Positions 8,048-16,471 of a stretch of DNA of 58,498 nt are shown here, piece after piece. A program made the translations under genes and the position numbers. The stretch spans positions 1 to 58,498 of the forward strand of contig JANWYQ010000006.1 in the NCBI GenBank assembly GCA_025055015.1. The letters are read 5' to 3'. The first letter of the stretch is position 1; each line of letters starts with the position of its first letter. The notes beneath the pieces are model-generated. The model ran no database searches. It was not told the origin of the DNA and saw only the letters and a program-made list of their open reading frames with translations. This DNA is from Caldilineales bacterium. Lineage in GTDB: Bacteria; Chloroflexota; Anaerolineae; JAAEKA01.

Positions 8048-10039
8048 TCAGGCCGCGGCGGGTTCGGTGCGGTCGTCGAGCTGGTAGGGCACCGTGGTGA
8101 TCACCACGCCGGGCATGGTGCGGAAGGCGAAGCGCAGCGTCCACGCCGTCTGGGTGTGCAGCAGGTTCTCCCACGCATGCCGCGTCACGAACTCCGGCAC
8201 CACCACGGTGATGGTCTCGTTGGGCTGCCGTGCGGCAGCCACCTCGGCGATGTAGTCCATCAGCGGCTCCAGCAGCAGGCGGTAGGGCGAGTCCAGGATC
8301 ACCAGGCGCACCCCTTCGCCCCACAGCTCCCACTTCTGGCGCACCCTCTCCGCCACCTCCGGGTCAATGCACACGTGCACCGCAGTGACGTCGCTGGAGA
8401 GGGTGCGGGCGTAGCGCAGCGCGGCCAAGGTGCCGCGGTGCACGCCGCTGAGGGGCATGATCACCCGATGGCGGTGGGCCCGCGGGGGCGCATCGTAGTT
8501 CTCCAGCGAGAGGCGAGCCGCCAGCTCGGTGTAGTGGCGGTGGATGCGGCGCAGCATCAGCACCAGCAGCGGGATCAGCACCAGCACGATCCACGCGCCC
8601 TCGCTGAACTTCGTCCACGCGAAAATGCCCATGACGATGGCCGTACACACGGCGCCGAAGCCATTGGCCATCATCTTCAGCCGCCAGCGCGGGTCGTAGT
8701 GCAGGGTGGACGCTGGCTGATGGATGACCTCGCCCGGCTTCAGGTGGCCGGTGCGGTACCAGCGCCGGGCCATGCCCACTTGGGAGAGGGTGAAGGAGAG
8801 GAACACGCCGATGGCGTACAGCGGGATCAGGCCGGTGACGCTGGCCCGGAAGACCACGATCAGCAGGGAGGCCACCAGGGTCAAGGCCACAATGCCCCAG
8901 GAGTACACCAGCCGGCTGCCCCGGAACGCCAGCTGCCGCGGCAGGAAGCCGTCAATAGCCAGCAGCGCGCTCAGCCGCGGAAAGCCGTTGAAGGCCGTGT
9001 TGGTGGCCAGGATCAGGATGACCGTCGTGGCGACGATTACCCCCAGGTAGAGGATGCCCTGGTTGCCGTAGACGGTGCGCGCCAGCTGGGAGATCACCGT
9101 CTCCGTCTCGGCCGGCACGGCGCCGATCTGCACCGCCAGGAAGGTGATGCTCAGGAAGATGGACGCCAGGATGACCGCCATCCAGATCAGCGTGATGCCG
9201 GCATTGCGGCTGCGCGGCTCCTTGAAGGCGGTGATGCCGTTGGAGATGGCCTCCACGCCGGTGAGGGCCGTCGTGCCGTTGGCAAAGGCGTGCAGGATCA
9301 GGAAGAGGCTGATGGCCTGCAGCTCGTGCACCTCCATGGCCGGCGGGTTCACCACGTCCCCCAGGCTGCCGGTGATGTGGCGCCACAGGCCAAGGCCCAG
9401 GGTGAGGGCCATCATGAACAGGAAGAAGTAGGTAGGGATGGCAAAGGCCGTGCCCGACTCCCGCACTCCGCGCAGGTTGGCCAGCATCACTAGGCTCAGC
9501 AAGCCCACGGCTAGGGGCACGCGGTAGGGGAAGAGGACTGGGAAGGCGGACACGATCTGGGCGACGCCGGAGGAGATGGACACCGACGCAGTGAGGATGT
9601 AGTCGGTGAGCAGGGCCGCGCCGGCTACCTGCGCCGCCAGCTCTCCCAGGTTGTCGCGGGAGACGATGTAGGCGCCGCCGCCGTTGGGGTAGGCATGGAT
9701 AATCTGCTCGTAGGAGAGCGTGACGATGGCCAGCAGGGCCACGATGGCAATGGAGATGGGGATGGCCAGGCCAAAGGTGGCCACGCCCGCCGCCGCCAAC
9801 ACCACCAGGATCTCCTGGGTGGCATAGGCGTTGGAGGACAGGGCGTCCGAGGCAAACACGGCCAAACCCACCTTCTTGCCGATGGTCTCGTGTTCGGCGT
9901 CGGCGGTGGCAAGAGGCCGCCCCAGCAACCAGGTGCGCCAGGAGCGAGGAGGCTGATACTTGTAGGGCCGTCGCAAGACGGTGGCTTTGCTCTGTTCGTC
10001 GTACAGCATAGATGGCGTGGGTAAGTCGTGTTGGGGCAC
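8048..10039 (-). CDS. APC-superfamily permease (amino acid permease fold, about 12 TM) with about 200-aa C-terminal cytoplasmic domain; possibly a KimA-like K+ transporter given the operonic RCK proteins
   Basis: 663 aa with multiple TM segments typical of APC/amino-acid permeases (GLAVFASDALSSNAYATQEIL...). The hydrophilic C-terminal domain is RIHRHYTELAARLSLENYD.... Confidence 0.75.
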   Translation of the reverse strand: MPQHDLPTPSMLYDEQSKATVLRRPYKYQPPRSWRTWLLGRPLATADAEHETIGKKVGLAVFASDALSSNAYATQEILVVLAAAGVATFGLAIPISIAIVALLAIVTLSYEQIIHAYPNGGGAYIVSRDNLGELAAQVAGAALLTDYILTASVSISSGVAQIVSAFPVLFPYRVPLAVGLLSLVMLANLRGVRESGTAFAIPTYFFLFMMALTLGLGLWRHITGSLGDVVNPPAMEVHELQAISLFLILHAFANGTTALTGVEAISNGITAFKEPRSRNAGITLIWMAVILASIFLSITFLAVQIGAVPAETETVISQLARTVYGNQGILYLGVIVATTVILILATNTAFNGFPRLSALLAIDGFLPRQLAFRGSRLVYSWGIVALTLVASLLIVVFRASVTGLIPLYAIGVFLSFTLSQVGMARRWYRTGHLKPGEVIHQPASTLHYDPRWRLKMMANGFGAVCTAIVMGIFAWTKFSEGAWIVLVLIPLLVLMLRRIHRHYTELAARLSLENYDAPPRAHRHRVIMPLSGVHRGTLAALRYARTLSSDVTAVHVCIDPEVAERVRQKWELWGEGVRLVILDSPYRLLLEPLMDYIAEVAAARQPNETITVVVPEFVTRHAWENLLHTQTAWTLRFAFRTMPGVVITTVPYQLDDRTEPAAA

Positions 10040-10233
10040 GGAGAAGCAGGTGCCAGGGGCTAAGCGGCTCGACCCGGCCGGTCCTAAAGCGGGACTCGAC
10101 TAAAGCTTCGATCTCGGCGACGAAGGGACACGGCTCGACCCGGCGAAAGCGGCAACTCCGGCGGCGAGGCAAGAAGCGTGCACCGGGCCTTCGCTGCGCG
10201 GTATGCTACTCTCATTCCCGGCTTCTGGCAAGT

Positions 10234-11385
10234 CTACCTCGGCCGGCACAGGCCCAGCTCAGCAGCGATGGCCGCAGCGATGGCGTCGGCGGCGTGGGGA
10301 TAAGCCAGGGCGCGCGCAGCCTGCGCCCGCTGCAAGCGCTCCCCTTGGTCCGGCCCCAGCCAGCGGCTGACCACCTCGGCGACCTGGGCCGGCTTCGGTG
10401 CAAAGACGCCGATGCCGTGGTCCACCACGAAGTGCACGTTGCCCGTCTCCTGGCCGGGGATGTAGCCGCTCAGCACCAAGGGCAGGCCCATGGCCATGGC
10501 CTCGGCGATGGTGCCCGGCCCCGCCTTGGTGACCAGGCAGTCGCTGGCGGCCATCCACTGGGCCATGTTGTCCACAAAGCCGGTCACGGCGGTGGGCACG
10601 GGCCAGGCCACGCGGCTGAGCTCGCTTTGCAGCCGTTGGTTGCGACCGCAGATCACCACCAACTGGGCCCGGCGGCCGTCCGCAGCCAGCCGGTGGGCGA
10701 TGGCCTCGGCGATGGCCCGCAGCGGCCCCATGCCCTCGCCGCCGCCGATCACGGTCACGGTGGCCAGGTCCGGCTGCAGCCCCAAGGCGCGGCGCAGCGT
10801 GGTCTGGTCAGGCTGCGGCTGGCCGAACTCCGGGCGGATGGGCAGCCCCAGCACCCGAACCTGCGTCGGCTGTAGGCCGAGGCGCTGCGCTTGGGCCGCC
10901 GTCTCGGCCGTGGGGACGAAGCAACAGCGGACGGCCGGGTGAAACCAGCTGGGATGCACAGAGCCTAGGTCGGTCACCACCGTGAAGAAGGGAAGCGATA
11001 GCCCATGCCGCGCTAGGATGCGCAGCGGTGCCTCCTGCAGCAGGGGGTGCACGCTGAGCACGGCGTCGGGCCGATGGGCTTCCACCACAGCCATGAAGCG
11101 GCGATCGGACCACATCGCAGCGACGCCGATCACCGCGCCCATCACCCTGCGCCGCTCCCCAGCGTGGTATAGCGCGCTGTAGAACCAGGGGGTCCGGTTG
11201 ACCAAGAAAGAGTAGGACTTGGGCACCTGGTTCAGGGGCCAGGGCGCGTGGCCCTGCCAGGCGTCGAGGATCGTGGTCTCAATCTGGTCGCCGTAACGGC
11301 GACGCAGGGCGGCCGCCAGCGCCTGGGCGCTGGCCCGGTGGCCGCCGCCGGTGTCGCTCATCAAGATCAGCAGGCGCAGCGCCAT
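10234..11385 (-). CDS. MGDG-synthase/UgtP-like diacylglycerol glycosyltransferase (GT28 family)
   Basis: N-terminus MALRLLILMSDTGGGHRASAQALAAAL is the hallmark of the MGDG synthase family. 383 aa. Confidence 0.85.
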   Translation of the reverse strand: MALRLLILMSDTGGGHRASAQALAAALRRRYGDQIETTILDAWQGHAPWPLNQVPKSYSFLVNRTPWFYSALYHAGERRRVMGAVIGVAAMWSDRRFMAVVEAHRPDAVLSVHPLLQEAPLRILARHGLSLPFFTVVTDLGSVHPSWFHPAVRCCFVPTAETAAQAQRLGLQPTQVRVLGLPIRPEFGQPQPDQTTLRRALGLQPDLATVTVIGGGEGMGPLRAIAEAIAHRLAADGRRAQLVVICGRNQRLQSELSRVAWPVPTAVTGFVDNMAQWMAASDCLVTKAGPGTIAEAMAMGLPLVLSGYIPGQETGNVHFVVDHGIGVFAPKPAQVAEVVSRWLGPDQGERLQRAQAARALAYPHAADAIAAAIAAELGLCRPR

Positions 11386-11401
11386 AGCTCAGGCCCGACC
11401 C

Positions 11402-12484
11402 TCACATCCAGCCACGGCGGCGGAAGAAGGCCAGCATGGTCAGCGCGATGGTGAGGGAGATGCCCCAGAACATGGGGTAGCCGAACCACCACTTGAGCTC
11501 CGGGAAGTACTCGAAGTTCATGCCGTAGACGCCGGCCAGGAAGGTCAGCGGAATGAAGAGGGTGGAGAAGATGGTGAGCACCTTCATGATCTCGTTCAAG
11601 CGGTTGCTGGTGCCGGAGAGGTAGATGTCCAACATGCCGGCCAACAGGTCGCGGATGCTCTCCACGGCGTCCACGATCTGGATGGTGTGGTCATAGACGT
11701 CCCGCAGGTATACCTTGGTGCTGGACTGGATCAGCTCCGACTCCGAGTGCAACAGGCTGTTGATCACGTCCCGCAGGGGCCAGACGGCTCGGCGCAGGGC
11801 GATCATCTCGCGCTTCAGCCGATAGATGCCTTGCAGGGTCTCCTGGGTGGGATGGCTGACCAGCTCCTCCTCCAGGTCGGCGATGACCTCGCCCACCTGT
11901 TCCAAGATGTGGAAGTAGCCGTCCACCACTGCGTCCAGCAGGGCATAGGCCAGGTAGTCCGGCCCCCCCTTGCGCAGCCGAGGAGCGCCGCTGCGCAGCC
12001 GGGCGCGCACCGGGTTGAACACGTCGCCGGGGTCCTCTTCAAAGGACACCAGGTACTCGCGGCCGAGCACCAGGGCTACTTGCTCCGAGTGGATGTGTCG
12101 CCGCTCTGGGTCGTAGTCCAACATGCGCGCAACGATGAAGAGGTAGGCGCCGTAGTCCTCCATCTTGGGGCGCTGCTGGGTGTTCACCAGGTCCTCCAGC
12201 AGCAGCGGGTGGAGGCTCAGCGCCCGGCCGATCTGTTCAATCAGCTCCACCCGATGCACGCCGTCCAGGTTAAGCCAGGAGACCGTCGGCTCCTCGGGCA
12301 GGGGGAAGGCCTCTGCTGGCTCGGCTAGGGTGCGCTCGCTGAGCTCTCGCTCGTCATACTGGAAGAGAGTGACGGTGATCGGCTGGGTGGTCGGCGCATC
12401 CCCCAGATAGGCCAAGGTGCCGGGCGGCGCGCCCGCCTTCTCAGAGCGTTTACGGATGGGTGACACAAGACGAGTGAACTGCAT
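11402..12484 (-). CDS. corA: CorA-family Mg2+/Co2+ transporter
   Basis: C-terminal YGMNFEYFPELKWWFGYPMFWGISLTIAL with the GMN motif and 2 TM. The ORF extends to 12610, but the upstream 42 codons are Pro/Arg-rich and the CorA-like N-terminus begins at MQFTRLVSPIRK (ATG at 12484). Confidence 0.85.
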   Translation of the reverse strand: MQFTRLVSPIRKRSEKAGAPPGTLAYLGDAPTTQPITVTLFQYDERELSERTLAEPAEAFPLPEEPTVSWLNLDGVHRVELIEQIGRALSLHPLLLEDLVNTQQRPKMEDYGAYLFIVARMLDYDPERRHIHSEQVALVLGREYLVSFEEDPGDVFNPVRARLRSGAPRLRKGGPDYLAYALLDAVVDGYFHILEQVGEVIADLEEELVSHPTQETLQGIYRLKREMIALRRAVWPLRDVINSLLHSESELIQSSTKVYLRDVYDHTIQIVDAVESIRDLLAGMLDIYLSGTSNRLNEIMKVLTIFSTLFIPLTFLAGVYGMNFEYFPELKWWFGYPMFWGISLTIALTMLAFFRRRGWM

Positions 12485-12575
12485 AGCAGGAGGACAGGAG
12501 CGCTGAGGACGGCTCTCATCTCCGGGCGTTCGGCAGGTGGGGCGTGGGACCGGAGCCGCCGCGCCCGGCTGCGGG

Positions 12576-13583
12576 CTAGAAAATGGGCTGGCCGGGGGTG
12601 TCCGGCGCAATCTTCAGGTAGTCCAGGGCAAGCCGGCCGAGGTGTTGGGCCAGGGCCTCAGGGTCGCTGTCGGCCAGGGGCACGTAGCCGCCGGCCATGC
12701 TGCCGTGGCCGCCCGCAATCCCCATCTTGCCCACGATGGCGCGCACGAACTGGCCGGCTCCCCCTTTGCGGTTGCGGGTGCGGGCGGCCAGGTGCAGGTT
12801 GTCGTTGTAGACCCCGATGCACAGCACCCACTGCACGCCCTGCAGCCGCAGCAGCTGGTCGGCGATCTCGGCGGCCAGGTCGGGATAGGGCATGGGGCCG
12901 AGGTAGGAGAAGACGAAGTCGCCGTACACCCGGGCCGCCTGGAAGGCGTTGACCAAGCTCTTGAAGTAGACCGCCGGCACCTGCGCCCGCTCGATCTCAA
13001 TCAGGCCGTCTATGTCCACCAGCGGCTGGAGGTAATAATACGCCGCAACGTCGGCCGGGCCGGCCCCGCGCGCCAGGCCCATGGTGTCGGTCTTGATGCC
13101 GTAGAACAGGGCAGTGGCCAGCGGCGCCGGGGGCTCCAGGTGCACCGACTGCAGGTACTCGGTGAGGATGGTGGAGGTGGAGCCGGCATCCGGCCGCACG
13201 TCGTAGAAGGCGGCAGCGGCTGTTTCCGCTCGCCAGGTGTGGTGGTCCAGGACCACCGCCGGCGTCAGGCCGGCCGGCACAGGGTTGTTGCCGGCGCCCG
13301 GCTGGCTGTCCACCAACGCCACTGCGCCGGCCTGCTTCCAGTCTGCCTTGCCAAGCTGCCGCAGCGGCCGATCCAGGTAGCGCACCAGCGCCTTGTTCTC
13401 CGCCCGGCCGATCAGGCCGCTGTAGAGGATGGCCACCGGCAGGCCGAGGCGCTGCTCCACCAGGTAGCGCAAGGCCACTGCGCTGGCGATAGCGTCGGGG
13501 TCGGGGTCGTTGTGGGGCACCACTGTGACCCGCCCTGCGCCGGCCAAAGCCCGGAGCAATCGCTCAACCTGGTGGGCGCTCAT
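12576..13583 (-). CDS. DHH-family phosphoesterase (NrnA-like oligoribonuclease/pAp phosphatase)
   Basis: VTVVPHNDPDPDAIASAVAL DHH motif I, DHHTW motif, DHHA1-like C-terminus. Start chosen at MSAHQVERLL. Confidence 0.8.
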   Translation of the reverse strand: MSAHQVERLLRALAGAGRVTVVPHNDPDPDAIASAVALRYLVEQRLGLPVAILYSGLIGRAENKALVRYLDRPLRQLGKADWKQAGAVALVDSQPGAGNNPVPAGLTPAVVLDHHTWRAETAAAAFYDVRPDAGSTSTILTEYLQSVHLEPPAPLATALFYGIKTDTMGLARGAGPADVAAYYYLQPLVDIDGLIEIERAQVPAVYFKSLVNAFQAARVYGDFVFSYLGPMPYPDLAAEIADQLLRLQGVQWVLCIGVYNDNLHLAARTRNRKGGAGQFVRAIVGKMGIAGGHGSMAGGYVPLADSDPEALAQHLGRLALDYLKIAPDTPGQPIF

Positions 13584-13703
13584 GGGTGTTTTGTGGCAGC
13601 CGAGGACAAGGTTGGCCCATAGCACGGCCCGCCAATTGGGGGGGCAGCGGTCAGCGCAGGCCTTCCGTCGGGACGCGCGGCCAGCCGGCGTCGCAATCCG
13701 GCA

Positions 13704-15275
13704 TCACGAGGGCTGATCAGCCTGCTCCGGCTCGGCCTCGTCGGCCTTCTTCTTGGGTTTGTCCTCCGGCAGCCGACCGTAGACCGCAGTCAGCTCCAGC
13801 AGGCGGTATTGCAGCTCCTGGCTAAGCGCGCCCGGCCAGTAGCGCCACTGCCAGTTGCCGCTGGCCCGGCTGGGCACGTTCATGCGCGCCCAGCTGCCCA
13901 GCCCGAGCAGGTCCTGGACCGTGGCCACGGCCAGCTTAGCCACCGAGGCCCAGGCCAGCCGGATGAAGTCCCAGGCGATGTCGCTGGGGTCTCGCTTGCC
14001 CAGGTACTTCAGCGCGTACTCCCGCTCGCCGGGCGACGAGGTCTCAGTGAACCACCCGACCACTGTGTCGTTGTCGTGGGTGCCGGGGTAGACGATGCAG
14101 GAGGACGAGAAGTTGTGGGGCAGGTGGATGCTGGACGGGCCTTCCATGAAGCCGAACTGCAGCACCTTCATGCTGGGGAAGCCGAACTGGGCCATCAGCG
14201 CGTCCACGCCGGCGCGCGCCTCGGGGGTGAAGTCGCCCAGGTCCTCCGCGATGATGTCCACCTGGCCCAGCTCTTCGGTTACCACCTGGAACAGGTCGGC
14301 GCCGGGGCCCATCACCCAGCGGCCGTTGATGGCCGTCTCCTCTCCGGCCGGGATCTCCCAGTAGTTGTAGAATCCGCGGAAGTGGTCAATGCGTACGATG
14401 TCCACCAGGTCCAGCGTGGCGCGGAAGCGATCTACCCACCAGCGGTAGCGGTTCTCGGCCATCTCCGCCCAGCGATAGAGCGGGTTGCCCCAGAGCTGGC
14501 CGGTGGCGCTGAAGTAGTCGGGCGGCACGCCGGCCACCACCGTGGGCTGCCCCTCCTCGTCGAAGTAGAAGACCTCCGGGTGGGCCCAGGCGTCGGCGCT
14601 GTCGTAGGCCACGAAGATCGGAATGTCGCCGATGATGCGCACGCCGGCCGCGTTGGCGTAGGCCTTCAGCTCCCGCCACTGGCGGAAGAACTGCCACTGC
14701 AGGTACTTGTGGACCTTGATGGGCTCGGCCAGTTCCCGGCGCCAGAACGCCAGGGCCGCCGGCTGGCGCGTGCGGATGTCCAAGGGCCATGAGCTCCAGG
14801 CAGCGCCGCCGTGGGCGTCCTTCAGCGCCATGAACAGGGCGTAGTCCTCCAGCCAGCCCGCCTTCTCCGCGCAGAAGGCCTCGAACTCCCGGCGCAGCTT
14901 CCCGTCGGCGTGGTCCATGAAGCGGTAGAAGGAGCGCTTAAGCAGCGGAATCTTCCAGTGGATCACCCAGCCGTAGTCCACCCGGTCCTGCGGGAAGGGC
15001 GGGAGGTCGGAGAAATCGCTCCAGCACAAAAGCCCATCGCCGATCAGCTTCTCCGGGTCTATCAGCAGCGGGTTGCCCGCAAAGGCGGAGAAGCACTGGT
15101 ACGGGGAGTCCCCGTAGCCCGTGGGCCCCAGGGGAAGCACCTGCCAAAGGGACTGTCCGGCGCCCTTGAGGAAGTCCACGAACCGATAGGCCGCATCTCC
15201 CAAGTCGCCGATGCCATAGCGGCCGGGGAAGGAGGTCGGATGCAACAAGATGCCAGCCGAGCGGGTGAAAGCCAT
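13704..15275 (-). CDS. malQ: 4-alpha-glucanotransferase (amylomaltase, GH77)
   Basis: MAFTRSAGILLHPTSFPGRYGIGDLGDAAYRFVDFL is the GH77 N-terminus. 523 aa. AGGAAGGA SD lies 6 nt upstream. Confidence 0.9.
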   Translation of the reverse strand: MAFTRSAGILLHPTSFPGRYGIGDLGDAAYRFVDFLKGAGQSLWQVLPLGPTGYGDSPYQCFSAFAGNPLLIDPEKLIGDGLLCWSDFSDLPPFPQDRVDYGWVIHWKIPLLKRSFYRFMDHADGKLRREFEAFCAEKAGWLEDYALFMALKDAHGGAAWSSWPLDIRTRQPAALAFWRRELAEPIKVHKYLQWQFFRQWRELKAYANAAGVRIIGDIPIFVAYDSADAWAHPEVFYFDEEGQPTVVAGVPPDYFSATGQLWGNPLYRWAEMAENRYRWWVDRFRATLDLVDIVRIDHFRGFYNYWEIPAGEETAINGRWVMGPGADLFQVVTEELGQVDIIAEDLGDFTPEARAGVDALMAQFGFPSMKVLQFGFMEGPSSIHLPHNFSSSCIVYPGTHDNDTVVGWFTETSSPGEREYALKYLGKRDPSDIAWDFIRLAWASVAKLAVATVQDLLGLGSWARMNVPSRASGNWQWRYWPGALSQELQYRLLELTAVYGRLPEDKPKKKADEAEPEQADQPS

Positions 15276-15335
15276 AGGGGTCCTTCCTAGACGTGGGGAG
15301 GGGACGGTGGGGCGCTAAACGCCAAGGGCTGCGCG

Positions 15336-15364
15336 ATTATAACACGCGGGCCAGGCAGGGTCAA
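15336..15364 (-). promoter_or_regulatory. Sigma70-type promoter for malQ: TTGACC-17-TGtTATAAT (extended -10)
   Basis: Reverse complement of 15336-15364 reads TTGACCctgcctggcccgcgtgtTATAAT. AT-rich island in a GC-rich background, about 55 nt upstream of the malQ ATG. Confidence 0.55.
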
Positions 15365-15584
15365 CTCACCGCGGCCCGGCCCCAGCAGGCTGAGCGGCGC
15401 CCGGCCGCGCCCCAGCGGCCTTGATGGCTGCAGGAGGAGCGCAGGCGACGCGCCACCTCGCGCAGCGAAGGGGCCCTGGCGCTGCTCCGGTGGGCTTGCC
15501 TGCGGCCCTGCGGGCCCCAGAGCGACCCGTGCTCCCATCGCATCCCTGGTCCCTGCGTTGAGTTCCTGATAAAGTAGGCCATAG

Positions 15585-15613
15585 TTGGCAAAGGGACAAA
15601 ATGGGTGTATCAT
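15585..15613 (+). promoter_or_regulatory. Sigma70-type promoter for cinA-C gene: TTGGCA-17-TATCAT
   Basis: TTGGCAaagggacaaaatgggtgTATCAT, 20 nt upstream of the ATG at 15633 (near-leaderless transcript). Confidence 0.4.
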
Positions 15614-15632
15614 AGCGCGCTGACGAACTTTT

Positions 15633-16193
15633 ATGGACGCTGCGTCTCATCCGTTGCCTGCGCCCTCCGCAGAGCATATCCCGACATCCGGCGGCTCGCT
15701 GAGCCTGGCCGAGCTGGCCGGCCGCGCCGGCGCCCTGCTGCGCGGTCGGCGCCTAACGCTCGCCCTGGCGGAGTCGTGCACCGGGGGCCTGGTCAGCGAC
15801 AGCATCACCGACGTGCCGGGCAGCTCCGACTACTTCCTGGGCGGGGTCGTGGCCTACAGCAACGCGGCCAAGCAGCGGTTGCTGGGCGTGCGCGAGGAGA
15901 CGCTGGCCGCCCACGGCGCGGTCAGCGCTGCCTGCGCCGCCGAGATGGCTCAGGGCGCGCGGCGGGCCTTCGGCGCGCACGTGGCTGTGAGCATTACGGG
16001 CATCGCCGGCCCCGGCGGCGGCACCCCCGCCAAGCCGGTGGGCCTTGCGTTTCTGCACCTGTCGGCGGCCGACGCCGAGATCGGCCGGCAGGTGCTGGGC
16101 ACGGGCGACCGCCGGGCCAACAAGCTGGAGTCGGCCGGCGAAGCCCTGCGCCTGTTGATCGCCTACCTGGAGCGGCGGAGCGCCCTGCCATGA
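15633..16193 (+). CDS. pncC: CinA C-terminal domain protein (nicotinamide-nucleotide amidohydrolase PncC-like)
   Basis: LALAESCTGGLVSDSITDVPGSSDYFLGGVVAYSNAAKQRLLGV is the CinA-C signature. 186 aa. Confidence 0.85.
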   Translation: MDAASHPLPAPSAEHIPTSGGSLSLAELAGRAGALLRGRRLTLALAESCTGGLVSDSITDVPGSSDYFLGGVVAYSNAAKQRLLGVREETLAAHGAVSAACAAEMAQGARRAFGAHVAVSITGIAGPGGGTPAKPVGLAFLHLSAADAEIGRQVLGTGDRRANKLESAGEALRLLIAYLERRSALP

Positions 16194-16456
16194 CCGAGGT
16201 CAGGCTCGACGAGCCGGTGGCGGTGCAGGCCCGGTTCCTGTCCAACGGCCGCGTGCGGCCCACGGCGTTCGTTCGACAGGGGCGCACCTACCGCCTGGCC
16301 GGGCTAGGCCGGCAGTGGACCGAGGAGCGGGACGACGGCGTCTGGCGGTGTTTCCTGGCGCAGACCACCGCCGGCGACACCGTAGAGCTGCGCTGGAACC
16401 AAGCGACCCACCAGTGGCGCCTAGGTCGCGCCTGGTGGCGCAGCGCGGCCGTGTGA
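16190..16456 (+). CDS. Small hypothetical protein (88 aa), start overlaps the cinA stop (ATGA)
   Basis: In-frame ATG at 16190 within track ORF 15605..16456 (whose upstream part is antisense junk). Coding-like composition. It sits between cinA-C and amt with a 4-nt overlap suggesting translational coupling. No recognisable domain. Confidence 0.35.
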   Translation: MTEVRLDEPVAVQARFLSNGRVRPTAFVRQGRTYRLAGLGRQWTEERDDGVWRCFLAQTTAGDTVELRWNQATHQWRLGRAWWRSAAV

Positions 16457-16471
16457 CCAACCTGAGCTCAT

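Noticed and set aside
8156-10172. 445-aa (+) and 406-aa (-) ORFs over the APC permease gene
   Set aside because: Antisense or alternative-frame translations rich in His/Gln/Arg/Gly. The permease frame has coherent TM helices.
10040-10233. c-di-AMP (ydaO/kimA) riboswitch upstream of the APC transporter
   Set aside because: Despite the pseudo-symmetric direct repeat, I could not find the conserved AAUC/GGGGA-type elements I associate with the ydaO class. Kept only as a low-interest leader observation.
10012-12328. ORFs 10012..10875 (+), 10490..10942 (+), 11351..12328 (+)
   Set aside because: Antisense to the MGDG synthase and CorA genes. No recognisable motifs.
12537-14792. ORFs 12537..13622 (+), 13809..14792 (+)
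   Set aside because: Antisense to the DHH phosphoesterase and MalQ genes.
15605-16456. 283-aa plus ORF (upstream part)
   Set aside because: Most of it is out-of-frame overlap with cinA-C. Only the last 88 codons (16190-16456) were retained, as a low-confidence small CDS.
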